Position numbers and translations under genes: made by a program. Positions 35,423 through 44,977 of a DNA stretch of 64,000 bases are shown here, one piece after another. Positions within the stretch are counted from its first letter, which is position 1, and every line of letters starts with the position of its first letter. The notes beneath the pieces were generated by a model, which was not told where the DNA came from, made no database searches, and saw nothing but the letters and a program-made list of their open reading frames with translations. Origin of the DNA: a bacterium (GTDB lineage: Bacteria; Fidelibacterota; Marinisomatia; Marinisomatales; JAHJCW01); assembly GCA_028282845.1 (NCBI GenBank), contig JANQGY010000018.1, forward strand, positions 101,252 to 165,251. The letters run 5' to 3'.

Positions 35423-36399
35423 ATGATTACTAGAAGAAATATAATTATATACATTCTAATGATGACTTCGCTATTCTTTGATGGATGTATCAATTCTAAA
35501 AATGTTCTCAATGTCGATCCTAGATTCGTAGAAACGGAAATTAGTTTAGATAACGAAACTTGTGAAACTTTTGGTTCATTATTAATTCCTATTAAAAAAC
35601 CTGTGCTGGTTGCTTTAATAATTTCAGGTTCAGGTCTTACCGATAGGAATGGAAATAATCCACAAATGCAAAATAATTCATTGAAAATGTTAGCTGAGGA
35701 ATTAGCAGAAAATAATATTGCTTCACTTCGGTATGATAAACGTGGCATTGGTGAAAGCATAATTGCTGATTTTGATGAAAGTAAGTTGAGACTGAAGATT
35801 ATGTTGAAGATGCTACAGATTGGATATCTTTTTTGAAAAATGATAAAAGGTTTTCAAAAGTAATAGTAGTTGGACATAGCGAAGGTTCACTAATTGGGAT
35901 GATAGCAGCAAATCAGAGTGGTGCCGATGTCTTTGTTTCTATAGCCGGTGCAGGAAAAGAGGCAGATAGTATCATCAGAGAACAATTAGTTAACCAACCA
36001 CAACAAGTAGCTGATGTTGCGTTTCCTATTTTGGATAGTTTAGCAAATGGTAAAATAGTCAAAGATATACCACCATTTCTATTTTCATTATTCAGACCAA
36101 GTGTTCAACCATATATGATTTCTTGGATGAAATATGACCCTATAATCGAAATAAATAAACTCTCCATTCCTATCTTAGTTTTGCATGGTGCTACTGATAT
36201 TCAAGTTTCAATAGTAGATGCTGAATTATTAGCTGATGCCAACAAACACGCAGAGCTAAAAATCATTGAGAATATGAATCATATTTTAAAAGAATCAGAA
36301 AAAGATATGGAATCAAACATAGCAACTTATAATAATCCTGAAATACCTGTAATGGGAGAATTAGTCGATTCAATTGTAACATTTGTTAATAGGAATTAA
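35423..36399 (+). pseudogene. Alpha/beta-hydrolase (lipoprotein-type signal) interrupted by a frameshift near 35785-35791
   Basis: ORF 35423-35836 (...RYDKRGIGESIIADFDESKL) and ORF 35833-36399 (KNDKRFSKVIVVGHSEGS..., nucleophile elbow GHSEG) are two halves of one enzyme. The second frame is already open from 35785 and reads (V)ETEDYVEDATDWISFLKNDKRF, continuing the first half. The arrangement is consistent with a 2-nt insertion or 1-nt deletion in ttgAGactgaag. Confidence 0.7.
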
Positions 36400-36415
36400 A
36401 ATATTTGTATTTAAC

Positions 36416-36448
36416 AAACCGTCAAGGTATGGTATACCTTGACGGTTT
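36416..36448. terminator. Bidirectional stem-loop terminator between convergent genes
   Basis: aaaccgtcaaggtat-ggt-ataccttgacggttt forms a perfect 15-bp stem with a 3-nt loop, flanked by A- and T-rich runs. It sits between the hydrolase (+) and the acetoacetyl-CoA synthetase (-) genes. Confidence 0.75.
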
Positions 36449-38412
36449 TAACTTTCTAATTCCTTTAAATCTTTATAATAAACCAAACTTTCCGGATTAG
36501 ACAAAGCATCTCGATTGCTAACATCCTTTCCACTGATAATCTTTTTAACGGCAATCTCAACTTTTTTACCGTTTATGGTATATGGAATATCAGGCGTTGT
36601 TAAAACTATAGCAGGAACATGGCGTGGTGAACAATTTGACTTAATAGATTTTTTGACCTTGGTAATTAGATCATCATTTAGCTGAACGCCTTCAACTAAT
36701 TTTACAAATAAAATTACTCTTTCATCATTATTCCATTCCTGGCCGATGACTAAACTATCATCAATTTCAGGTAAATTCTCTACTACTCGATAGATTTCGG
36801 ATGTGCCGATTCGTACTCCGCCGGGATTCAGTGTTGCATCGCTGCGTCCGTGCATCGTAACTCCACCATGTTCAGAGATTGAAATATAATCACCATGGTG
36901 CCAAACATTGGGAAATTCTTCAAAATACGCCTTTCGGTATTTTACTCCGTTCTCATCATTCCAAAAGTAGATTGGCATAGAGGGGAAGGGTTTCACGCAG
37001 ACTAATTCTCCCTGCCCATTTACAAGTGATTCACCATCAGGCGAATAAGCATGTACATTCATTCCTAATCCCTTGCACTGAATCTCACCACGGTAAACGG
37101 GTAAGTTAGGATTACCGAGTACAAAACATGAAATGATATCGGTGCCGCCGGCAATTGAAGATAACATCATATCTTTCTTAACATTTTTATAAACATAATC
37201 AAAACTTTCCGGGGCGAGCGGTGAACCGGTTGATAATATCGCCCTGAGCGAAGTTAGATCATTCTTTTCCTTTGGTTTAATTCCGGCTGCATCACAACTG
37301 GCAATATATTTGGCGCTCGTACCAAAAACTGTAATATCAATTTCGCCGGCAAAACTCCAAAGCGCATAACCATCAGGATAAAATGGAGAACCGTCATATA
37401 GAACCACTGTTGCTCCAACAGCTAAAGAAGAAACTAACCAATTCCACATCATCCAACCGCAGGTTGTGAAATAAAAAATATTGTCTTCTCGCTTAAGATT
37501 GGTGTGTAATTTTAATTCCTTGAGATGTTGAATCAATGTTCCGCCGGCACTATGAACGATTGCCTTGGGTTTTCCGGTTGTTCCCGATGAATACATAATA
37601 TAAAGCGGGTGATCAAAAGGTAATGTCTCAAAACTTAATTTTTCACCATTGGCAAATTTTAGGAAATCAGAATAGCTGATTCCATTGTGAATACCTTCAA
37701 CTTTTGCCGAATGCGAAAGATATGGATTCACAACTACATATTTTAATGTCGGTAACTGCTCGGCGATTTGTTGAACTCTGTCTAAATAATTAAATTTTTT
37801 ACCACCGTAATTATATCCATCAACAGTGAACAGTAATTTGGGCTTAATTTGTTGGAACCGATCTAAGACTCCCTTTATTCCAAAGTCAGGTGAGCAGGAA
37901 CTCCATACTGCTCCAATTGAAGTAGCAGCTAACATCGCAATTATTGCGATGGGCATATTGGGTAGATAACCGGCAATTCTATCGCCCGGTTTAATACCGA
38001 TTTGTTTTAAACTTCCGGCTAATTTTTCAATTTGATTGTATAATTGATTATAAGTTAAATAATGTGGTTTTCTTCCTTCACCCTTATAAATTATTGCCGT
38101 TCTATCATCGCGGTAACGCAACAGATTCTCAGCAAAATTCATACGAATTCCACTGAACCACTTGGCGCCGGGCATTTTGGTCGGATCATTAACGATTATC
38201 TCTATTTTCCCTGTATGGATTATATCTGAATATTTCCAAAATGAGTGCCAGAAATCAGCAATATTTTGTACCGACCAAGTATGTAATTCTTCGTAATTTT
38301 GAATAGATAATTGATAGGTTCCATTCACATAATCTGTGAAGTCAGTCATTTGGGATTCTTTAATTTGGTTTTTTGTGGGTTTCCAGAGTATCTTTTTGGC
38401 AGAATTATCCAT
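36448..38412 (-). CDS. Acetoacetate--CoA ligase (acetoacetyl-CoA synthetase)
   Basis: 654 aa. The N-terminus KILWKPTKNQIKESQMTDFTDYVN is AACS-type. The AMP-binding motif is YIMYSSGTTGKPKAIVHS. Length and overall pattern match AACS rather than acetyl-CoA synthetase. Confidence 0.8.
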   Translation of the reverse strand: MDNSAKKILWKPTKNQIKESQMTDFTDYVNGTYQLSIQNYEELHTWSVQNIADFWHSFWKYSDIIHTGKIEIIVNDPTKMPGAKWFSGIRMNFAENLLRYRDDRTAIIYKGEGRKPHYLTYNQLYNQIEKLAGSLKQIGIKPGDRIAGYLPNMPIAIIAMLAATSIGAVWSSCSPDFGIKGVLDRFQQIKPKLLFTVDGYNYGGKKFNYLDRVQQIAEQLPTLKYVVVNPYLSHSAKVEGIHNGISYSDFLKFANGEKLSFETLPFDHPLYIMYSSGTTGKPKAIVHSAGGTLIQHLKELKLHTNLKREDNIFYFTTCGWMMWNWLVSSLAVGATVVLYDGSPFYPDGYALWSFAGEIDITVFGTSAKYIASCDAAGIKPKEKNDLTSLRAILSTGSPLAPESFDYVYKNVKKDMMLSSIAGGTDIISCFVLGNPNLPVYRGEIQCKGLGMNVHAYSPDGESLVNGQGELVCVKPFPSMPIYFWNDENGVKYRKAYFEEFPNVWHHGDYISISEHGGVTMHGRSDATLNPGGVRIGTSEIYRVVENLPEIDDSLVIGQEWNNDERVILFVKLVEGVQLNDDLITKVKKSIKSNCSPRHVPAIVLTTPDIPYTINGKKVEIAVKKIISGKDVSNRDALSNPESLVYYKDLKELES

Positions 38413-38474
38413 ACAAAAAAATACAAGTACTGAATTTGATTATCATCAAAATTTTTTAACAAAACGAGCATAAT

Positions 38475-39665
38475 ATGAAAATTGCATTTTTAACAGCGGG
38501 CGGAATTGCACCATGTTTATCGGCTTCGATCGGTGCGCTGATTGATGAGTATAACAAACTTGCCCCGGAGGCTGAATTAATTGGTTATTTAAATGGTTAT
38601 CGCGGTTTGTTACTTGGTAAAAGCATTGTCATACCTGATTCTGTTAAGCAAAACGCACAGATCCTATCGGAATTCGGCGGCAGCCCGATTGGTAATAGTC
38701 GCGTCAAACTAACCAATATTGATGACTGTGTAAAAAACGGCTATGTGAAGAAAGGAGAAGACCCGCTTGAAGTCGCTGCCAAGCAATTGATAAAAGATAA
38801 GGTTGACATATTACATGCGATCGGTGGTGATGACACCAACACAATGGCAGCAGAGCTCTCTAAATATCTAAAAGAAAATGACTATGAGCTTACCGTTGTA
38901 GGCATACCCAAAACCGTTGATAATGATGTAAAACCGATTACACAGACGCTCGGAGCGTTAACTGCCGCTGAACAAGGTGCCATTTTTTTTGAAAATATAG
39001 TCAATGAAAATACAACTTCCACACGGCAGTTGATCATCCATGAGGTCATGGGGCGTCATTGCGGGTGGCTGACCGCTGCAACAGCCGTTGCCTATCGCCA
39101 TCGTTTAAACGAGCGTAATTTTTTACCGGAGATTCAATTGTCCAAAGAGCGCTGGGACATTGATGCGATTTATATACCCGAATTGAACTTCGATATGAAA
39201 GCCGAAATGCAACGGCTCAAGAAATTAATGGATGAAAAAGATTGTGTAAATATATTTCTAAGCGAGGGAGCAGGAAAAGACGAAATAGTAGCTGAGATGG
39301 AAGCTAACAGTGAAGAAGTGCCGAAAGATGCCTTCGGGCACGTAAAATTGGATTTGATCAATCCGGGGAAATGGTTTGCAAAAAAATTCTCCAAGGAATT
39401 GGAAGCCGATAAAACCTTAGTACAAAAAAGTGGCTATTTCGCTCGGTCAGCAGCGCCGAATGCAAGAGACTTGGCTTTAATAGAAGCAACTGCAATGCTT
39501 GCCACCGAAGCAGCCCTTGCCGGAGAAAATGGTGTAGTTGGCATGGATGAAGATTCCAACGATGATATGCAGTTGATCGACTTCGCAAGAATCGAAGGCG
39601 GGAAAAAATTTAATACCGAATTAGGGTGGTTTCAGACCCTAATTAAATCAATTGGACAAATTTAA
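38475..39665 (+). CDS. pfp: Pyrophosphate-dependent 6-phosphofructokinase
   Basis: 396 aa. Motifs seen: MKIAFLTAGGIAPCLSASIG, HAIGGDDTNT (Asp where ATP-PFKs have GGDGS) and GIPKTVDNDV (Lys where ATP-PFKs have Gly). These are the residues classically used to separate PPi-PFKs from ATP-PFKs. Confidence 0.8.
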   Translation: MKIAFLTAGGIAPCLSASIGALIDEYNKLAPEAELIGYLNGYRGLLLGKSIVIPDSVKQNAQILSEFGGSPIGNSRVKLTNIDDCVKNGYVKKGEDPLEVAAKQLIKDKVDILHAIGGDDTNTMAAELSKYLKENDYELTVVGIPKTVDNDVKPITQTLGALTAAEQGAIFFENIVNENTTSTRQLIIHEVMGRHCGWLTAATAVAYRHRLNERNFLPEIQLSKERWDIDAIYIPELNFDMKAEMQRLKKLMDEKDCVNIFLSEGAGKDEIVAEMEANSEEVPKDAFGHVKLDLINPGKWFAKKFSKELEADKTLVQKSGYFARSAAPNARDLALIEATAMLATEAALAGENGVVGMDEDSNDDMQLIDFARIEGGKKFNTELGWFQTLIKSIGQI

Positions 39666-39681
39666 AATTTTGGAGTAATCA

Positions 39682-40842
39682 ATGAGTAAAATACCACCAA
39701 AACTAAATACAGATAGAAAATTCCCTACAAATATGACAACCGCACATGCTTTATGTTTGAAAGCCAAAAATGGTGAAAAAGGTAACAAAAAAACTAAGCG
39801 CTATGCCGTGCCTGCTTTCAATATAACTCATTTTCAGGGCGTGAATGCAGCATTTCAGGCGTTCGATTTACTTGGTTCGTCGGGCTTATTGGCACTCTCT
39901 AATTCTGCCTTGAAACATTTTGGCGAGGGTGATCCGATTTTCGGATTAGAAGTGGCAAGCGAGTACATCGCTAAGAAAGCGGCAAGATCATCAGTTAAAA
40001 TTGCCACTCATCTTGATCACGGTGACTATATTTCGGAATCCGGACGAAAAGTGGTGCAAGCCTCAGTGCAACATTTAACAAGTGTTATGGCTGATAATTC
40101 GACCGATAAAAAAGCCAAGAAAGCCATGCCATTAGAAGATAACATTGAGCTAACCCGTGAGGTTGTTGACATGGCTCATCCATTGGGATTATCTGTGGAG
40201 GGTGAATTGGGTGTGTTGGCCGGCGAAGAAGATGAAGACACAAAATCAGAGTTCTCAACCTATACCAACCCTGATGAATTGGATCAATTCTTGCAACAAA
40301 CCGGAGTTCTGATGCTAGCGCCTACGATCGGCACTATGCACGGGCCGAATAAAGGAAAACCCGGTTCAAAAGTAAAATTGAATATTGAGTTAGCACATGA
40401 ACTATTAAAAATTGCCGATGTCATTAATCCTGAAATAACATTTGTTGCTCATGGAGCTTCAACTTTGTATCCGCAGGTGGCCAAATTTGCGGTTGAGCAA
40501 TTGGAGAAAATGAGTGATCCGACTGATTCAAAACAGAAATGGTTGGATTTTGTCGGAACTGATTGGGATCAGATTGAAGGATTGATCGAAGCCGGATTCT
40601 GCAAAATAAATACCGATACGGAAAACCGACAAACTTTTTTATCGGCTTTGCTAGGAGCCATCAATGAAACCGCATCAAAAATTGATATTCGTTGGTATGA
40701 TAAGCAGACCACCGAAGCGCTTACTAAATCATATATTCAAAAATTGATCATGGCGGGCAATTATGGTGTGTGGCATGAGCCGAAGATTGATGTTAAAAAA
40801 TATAGATTTGATCTAACGCGACCTTTGTCTGAATTGGTTTAG
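39682..40842 (+). CDS. fba: Class II fructose-bisphosphate aldolase (long form)
   Basis: 386 aa. Motifs seen: AVPAFNITHFQGVNAAFQA, IATHLDHGD (metal-binding His) and FVAHGASTL. It lies adjacent to the PPi-PFK gene. Confidence 0.7.
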   Translation: MSKIPPKLNTDRKFPTNMTTAHALCLKAKNGEKGNKKTKRYAVPAFNITHFQGVNAAFQAFDLLGSSGLLALSNSALKHFGEGDPIFGLEVASEYIAKKAARSSVKIATHLDHGDYISESGRKVVQASVQHLTSVMADNSTDKKAKKAMPLEDNIELTREVVDMAHPLGLSVEGELGVLAGEEDEDTKSEFSTYTNPDELDQFLQQTGVLMLAPTIGTMHGPNKGKPGSKVKLNIELAHELLKIADVINPEITFVAHGASTLYPQVAKFAVEQLEKMSDPTDSKQKWLDFVGTDWDQIEGLIEAGFCKINTDTENRQTFLSALLGAINETASKIDIRWYDKQTTEALTKSYIQKLIMAGNYGVWHEPKIDVKKYRFDLTRPLSELV

Positions 40843-40867
40843 AAAATTTTACCCCCTCTGTCTTACA

Positions 40868-40908
40868 GACATCTCACCCTTTAGGGGGGAGATGATAAGA
40901 GGGGATAT
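40868..40908. repeat. Dispersed hairpin element (family tctcccc..ggggaga + aagagggg), copy 2; probable bidirectional terminator
   Basis: The sequence is catctcaccct-tta-ggggggagatg followed by ataagaggggatat, between convergent genes (ends at 40842 + and 40911 -). It matches the copies at 33559-33590 and 51324-51363. Confidence 0.65.
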
Positions 40909-40910
40909 TT

Positions 40911-41321
40911 TTAATCAAATATTTCTGATTTTTCAATTCCTTTTATTGAATAATGTCTCATAATTAAATAAACTACAACACCTATTGTTGCCCATATAAT
41001 CATTGTAATATTTAAGACCCCGAGACTTTCAGATGGAGCGGGATTTCCAAATAGCATCCATACATAGGAAATTATTCCAAATACAATAAAAGTTCCGCCG
41101 TTCCATCTTAGGAATAAATTGTATATTACCGATTCAATTGAATCTCTTTTTCCGAAATATACCCCAATTACGAACATCAAGATTCCGTAAGCTACAGCAG
41201 CTACCCAAACCATTATATATGATTCATTATTCAATAATGCACTTAACGAAGCTCGGAAAATTATTGTAAAAATTGCTGCAAATATTATAAATGATGTAAA
41301 ACTCTTTGTAAAAATCTTCAT
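40911..41321 (-). CDS. Small 4-TM membrane protein, partner of PadR regulator
   Basis: 136 aa with four hydrophobic segments. The start overlaps the PadR stop by 4 nt. Confidence 0.5.
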   Translation of the reverse strand: MKIFTKSFTSFIIFAAIFTIIFRASLSALLNNESYIMVWVAAVAYGILMFVIGVYFGKRDSIESVIYNLFLRWNGGTFIVFGIISYVWMLFGNPAPSESLGVLNITMIIWATIGVVVYLIMRHYSIKGIEKSEIFD

Positions 41322-41692
41322 GATTTCTCCTTTTTTAATAGCTTAACAATTTCAGGATTCTGAAACAATAAGATGTTTCTTTCAACAAACTTATCAAAGA
41401 ACTCAGTACCAAATTCGGTGAGGAAATAATACTTTCTATCCGGTCCTTTGTTGCCCGGCTGCGACTCAAAATCCACGATTCCAAGGTGTTTGAATTTCCG
41501 CAAATTGCGGTATAAACTCTGCAGCTCAAAGGTCATTGAATTATTGGTGTTTTCCTCTATGAATGTTTTTATATCGTCAACATATTTTTTACTATGCCGA
41601 AGTGATAAGAATATCCAAAAGGATAGGAGTCCTTTCTTAAAAGTTTCTTCAAAAACCTTTAATAAATCATTAAATAATTTGTTATTATTCAT
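41318..41692 (-). CDS. PadR-family transcriptional regulator
   Basis: 124 aa. Motif seen: LLSFWIFLSLRHSKKYVDDIKTFIEE...LQSLYRNLRKFKHLGIVDFESQPGNKGPDRKYYFLTEFG, a winged-HTH pattern of the PadR family. Confidence 0.7.
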   Translation of the reverse strand: MNNNKLFNDLLKVFEETFKKGLLSFWIFLSLRHSKKYVDDIKTFIEENTNNSMTFELQSLYRNLRKFKHLGIVDFESQPGNKGPDRKYYFLTEFGTEFFDKFVERNILLFQNPEIVKLLKKEKS

Positions 41693-41699
41693 AAGTATT

Positions 41700-41719
41700 A
41701 TACTATTAGTATAGTACTA
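41700..41719. promoter_or_regulatory. Overlapping perfect palindromes ATACTA-T-TAGTAT and TAGTA-TAG-TACTA upstream of PadR
   Basis: Read directly from the sequence, 8-27 nt upstream of the PadR start (41692, minus strand). The region is AT-rich, so chance palindromes are more likely here. Confidence 0.3.
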
Positions 41720-41754
41720 ATATAAAAATACTTATTCTTATAGCGCAAGTATTT

Positions 41755-42066
41755 TTATCCAATCCCCAAATGATTATTTTCTTTATTGGATAATTCCAAA
41801 GTTCGTAATTCATAAGAACTATATCCTTTGGATATAAATGGATCTGAATCTGCAATCTGTTTTGCTGCATCAAGAGAATCAGTCTTAATGATTATTATCC
41901 CTCCGTTATAATCAGTAAAAGGTCCGGCTAATACTAAGATTCCGGATGTTTCCAATTCCTTTAAGTGTTCCACATGCTCTTTGATTATTTCAGGATTATA
42001 ATCCTTAATTCTATTTATTAATATGACATATCTTGTATAAGTGTCGCTCATCTTTAATTTCCCCAT
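41755..42066 (-). CDS. YciI-family protein
   Basis: 103 aa. Pattern seen: YVILINRIKDYNPEIIKEHVEHLKELETSGILVLAGPFTDYNGGIIIIKTDSLDAAKQIADSDPF, typical of YciI-like domains. Confidence 0.65.
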   Translation of the reverse strand: MGKLKMSDTYTRYVILINRIKDYNPEIIKEHVEHLKELETSGILVLAGPFTDYNGGIIIIKTDSLDAAKQIADSDPFISKGYSSYELRTLELSNKENNHLGIG

Positions 42067-42076
42067 TGAACAAAAT

Positions 42077-42967
42077 TTATTTAATTTTTAATTGAACCAT
42101 GATTGCGCCAACAGCGGCAATCAACATGCCGATGCCGTTCATGAGCGTAATTGATTCTCCTAAAAATATCCACGCCAAAACGGCGATTTGAATCAGCATC
42201 GTTCCATTAATAATACTTGATTCCATCGCACTAAGCGAGCGTAGAGTATGATTCCATAAAGTGAAGGCTAATGCGGTGTTGATCACCGCTAACCAAATAA
42301 TGAATAGCCAATTTTTGTAGCTGATATGTGGGATCCCGGACTGACTAATTCCAATTAGTAGTAACAAAATAGCACCAATTCCCATGCTGATAAATGTTAT
42401 TACTAACGGGCTTATACTTTTACTGCGATTGATATTCCGGCCCAAAATTGCCGCTAGCGCATTAGCGATAACACCGACGGTCATTACTATTAATCCGGTT
42501 AATTGACCTTGGATTGATGACAATGGTGAGAAATAGGTGAATATTCCAATAATGAAAAGCATCCCACCAAACCACTGCGATACAGAGGGTTTTTCATTAA
42601 TCATAAAAATTCCCAAAATTGCCACGAGTAACGGTGTGAAATTGAGCATGAGACTAACGGTAACAGATGGCAAGAGCGATAGCCCTAAAAATTGGGTGCC
42701 CTGAGTAAAAGTATAAAAAATTATTCCTAATAAGACCAATTGTAGCCATTGCTTGTTAGTCAGATTTTTTATCTCAGTAAAATATTTTTTCCTTAATACT
42801 AATGGTATAAAACAAATAAAGGCCAAGGAATATCTTAAACCGGCAAAGGTGATTGGCGGGATTTCAATTAATCCCCATTTTATAATTATAAATGAAGTTG
42901 ACCATAAAAAGGTAACTAATAAGGCTTGCAAGATTGCGATTATGTGCGGTTGATTACTCTTACTCAT
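42077..42967 (-). CDS. EamA/DMT-family transporter
   Basis: 296 aa and 10 TM segments, with a duplicated EamA-like pattern (LLVTFLWSTSFIIIKWGL... / ...ALAFTLWNHTLRSLSAMESS). Confidence 0.75.
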   Translation of the reverse strand: MSKSNQPHIIAILQALLVTFLWSTSFIIIKWGLIEIPPITFAGLRYSLAFICFIPLVLRKKYFTEIKNLTNKQWLQLVLLGIIFYTFTQGTQFLGLSLLPSVTVSLMLNFTPLLVAILGIFMINEKPSVSQWFGGMLFIIGIFTYFSPLSSIQGQLTGLIVMTVGVIANALAAILGRNINRSKSISPLVITFISMGIGAILLLLIGISQSGIPHISYKNWLFIIWLAVINTALAFTLWNHTLRSLSAMESSIINGTMLIQIAVLAWIFLGESITLMNGIGMLIAAVGAIMVQLKIK

Positions 42968-44361
42968 TTAGATATTGATTCACCTTTTTGATAGTTTCGA
43001 ATTAGAATTATTGTTGTTATTAATATTGAAGTTAGTATTCCGGGATAGAAAGGCTCTAAATTGAAGATGGAAGATTGAAAATTGAAGATTGAAATAATGA
43101 ACCAGAACAGAGAAATGATAACAGGAACTATCAATAATGTTAAACCCTGTTTATTGGTCAATTGAATCTTTGTGAATGTTAGCAGAAACGGTATTAATAA
43201 ACCCGGCACGAATAGCGATCCGGTTAGATACCATAGATTGACTACAGAGGGGAAAGCATAAGCCAAGATCACAGCGATTGATGCCATAACAATAAGTCCA
43301 AGCTTAGTCAATTGAACAGAATTTGATTTATCAGTTAGCTTGCCGATTATATCTCTTCCAAAGGTAAACGCACTAATGAAACCGAGCGAATCAATAGTTG
43401 ACATAATTGTTGCTAATAACCCGGTCAGGAATAAGCCATAGAATAAAGGCGGGAGTAACATATCTCCAAGTGCCGGAAAGGCAAATAATCCATGGTCGGA
43501 GGTAATTGCAATTTTGGCATATAGTCCGGCAGTCAGGGTCAATGAATCAAAGATAAACCAAAAAATTACTGATATTAATATTCCTCTTTGTGCTGTTTTC
43601 GGAGATTTAGCTGCCGCACATCTTTGATAAAATCCGGGATCAATGAAAGTCCATAACGCGATGAAAAACCATACGATTATATAGGAAACGGATTTCCCTC
43701 CGGTAATTGATAAATGTTCCTTGGGCAATAAACTAAATACTTCCCAAGGAGAACCAATTTTCTGCCAAGCAAATACAACTAGCAGAATAAATCCGCCAAA
43801 CATTAATATAAATTGTATGATATCGGTTCTGACAATGGCGCCAAAACCTCCCCGCCATAGATAAATCAAACTCAGAATAGTGGCGAAGAGTAATGACCAT
43901 ATAAATGGTAACCCGGTTATATATTCTAACAATATTCCGATGCTTAAAATGTATGGAGCCGGACTAGCCAAGAATAAAATGAATATCCCGCTTGTGATCC
44001 CTGAAATGCGACCGTATTTATTATGAAAATGATCAGGAATGGAAACTAACTGCTTGCTTCTAATCCGTGGAGCGATTAGCATCGCAAATAAAATTGCGAA
44101 AAAATAATAGGGTAAGGCAAAAATAAACCATGTTTGAATACCATAATTAAAGGTGTTCTCACCAATCCCTAAAATTCCTCCGTACCAGGTTGTTACTAAG
44201 GTGGCGATGAATCCGGGCAGGCTGAGCTTACGTCCGACTAAAATATAATTTCCGGTATCTTTAGCGGATTTTTTACTTCTTATTAAACCAATGGAAACTA
44301 CAGCAATGAAATATAAAATAATTACCGATAGGTCAACAAAATGCATATCACTTGTGACCAC
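42964..44361 (-). CDS. Sodium:solute symporter family transporter
   Basis: 465 aa, polytopic. The track start at 44361 is GTG. An ATG at 44344-44346 (MHFVDLSVIILYF...) is an equally good start. It overlaps the EamA gene by 4 nt. Confidence 0.7.
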   Translation of the reverse strand: MVTSDMHFVDLSVIILYFIAVVSIGLIRSKKSAKDTGNYILVGRKLSLPGFIATLVTTWYGGILGIGENTFNYGIQTWFIFALPYYFFAILFAMLIAPRIRSKQLVSIPDHFHNKYGRISGITSGIFILFLASPAPYILSIGILLEYITGLPFIWSLLFATILSLIYLWRGGFGAIVRTDIIQFILMFGGFILLVVFAWQKIGSPWEVFSLLPKEHLSITGGKSVSYIIVWFFIALWTFIDPGFYQRCAAAKSPKTAQRGILISVIFWFIFDSLTLTAGLYAKIAITSDHGLFAFPALGDMLLPPLFYGLFLTGLLATIMSTIDSLGFISAFTFGRDIIGKLTDKSNSVQLTKLGLIVMASIAVILAYAFPSVVNLWYLTGSLFVPGLLIPFLLTFTKIQLTNKQGLTLLIVPVIISLFWFIISIFNFQSSIFNLEPFYPGILTSILITTIILIRNYQKGESISK

Positions 44362-44977
44362 GGAAAATCAGCAATTTGTTGGAAGCTTTTACACTGAATT
44401 TTTTACTCCTTGAAACATTACTTACTCCGTACCCCGATGGTGATAAAGCCTGTCTTGTTAAGGGATATTGCAGACCTTTGGTGGTAACTGATTTAACACG
44501 ATACACTGCGATCAATGACACAATTTGACCATCAAAAGAATTAAAAGTGCGTTTCCCCTTGAGGCATTCTATTGAATAGTTATCGGTAATCATCGTGATT
44601 TTCAATGGTTCATAGTATTTTAACAATAATAGCATATTGGCTAAGGCGAGGTCGTCCCGGATACCGGTGGCACCAATTAGAGTAACTTCTTTGATCGCCG
44701 AATCAACGCAGAAATTAAATACTTTTTCTAGATCAGTATTGTCCTGCCTTGGTATATGCAGGAATTCAGAATCGCTAAAGTCAGTAAAATTCTTTATGGA
44801 ATCCATGTCACCGATTATGAATGTAGGACTATAGCCGTGTTTTTTGAGTTTGTTTGCCGAGCCATCCGTACAAATAATTGTCTTGGCTTGTTTGATCTGT
44901 TCTAACGGATAGGGATGCGAGGGATATTTTCCGTTAGCGACAATAACAACCGGTTTAATCAATTTTTTATTTAGCAT
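44348..44977 (-). CDS. thiN: Thiamine pyrophosphokinase
   Basis: 209 aa. Motif seen: VVIVANGKYPSHPYPLEQIKQAKTIICTDGSANKLKKHGYSPTFIIGDMDSI, plus a C-terminal thiamine-binding-like domain. Confidence 0.75.
   Translation of the reverse strand: MLNKKLIKPVVIVANGKYPSHPYPLEQIKQAKTIICTDGSANKLKKHGYSPTFIIGDMDSIKNFTDFSDSEFLHIPRQDNTDLEKVFNFCVDSAIKEVTLIGATGIRDDLALANMLLLLKYYEPLKITMITDNYSIECLKGKRTFNSFDGQIVSLIAVYRVKSVTTKGLQYPLTRQALSPSGYGVSNVSRSKKFSVKASNKLLIFRGHK

Noticed and set aside
35407-35760. Minus-strand ORF 35407-35760 (117 aa)
   Set aside because: It is antisense to the N-terminal half of the alpha/beta hydrolase, whose sense frame has the RYDKRG motif and continuity with the GHSEG half.
35780-35840. 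Programmed ribosomal frameshift in the hydrolase
   Set aside because: There is no slippery heptamer, homopolymer run or downstream structure at the frame junction. An indel or assembly error is more parsimonious.
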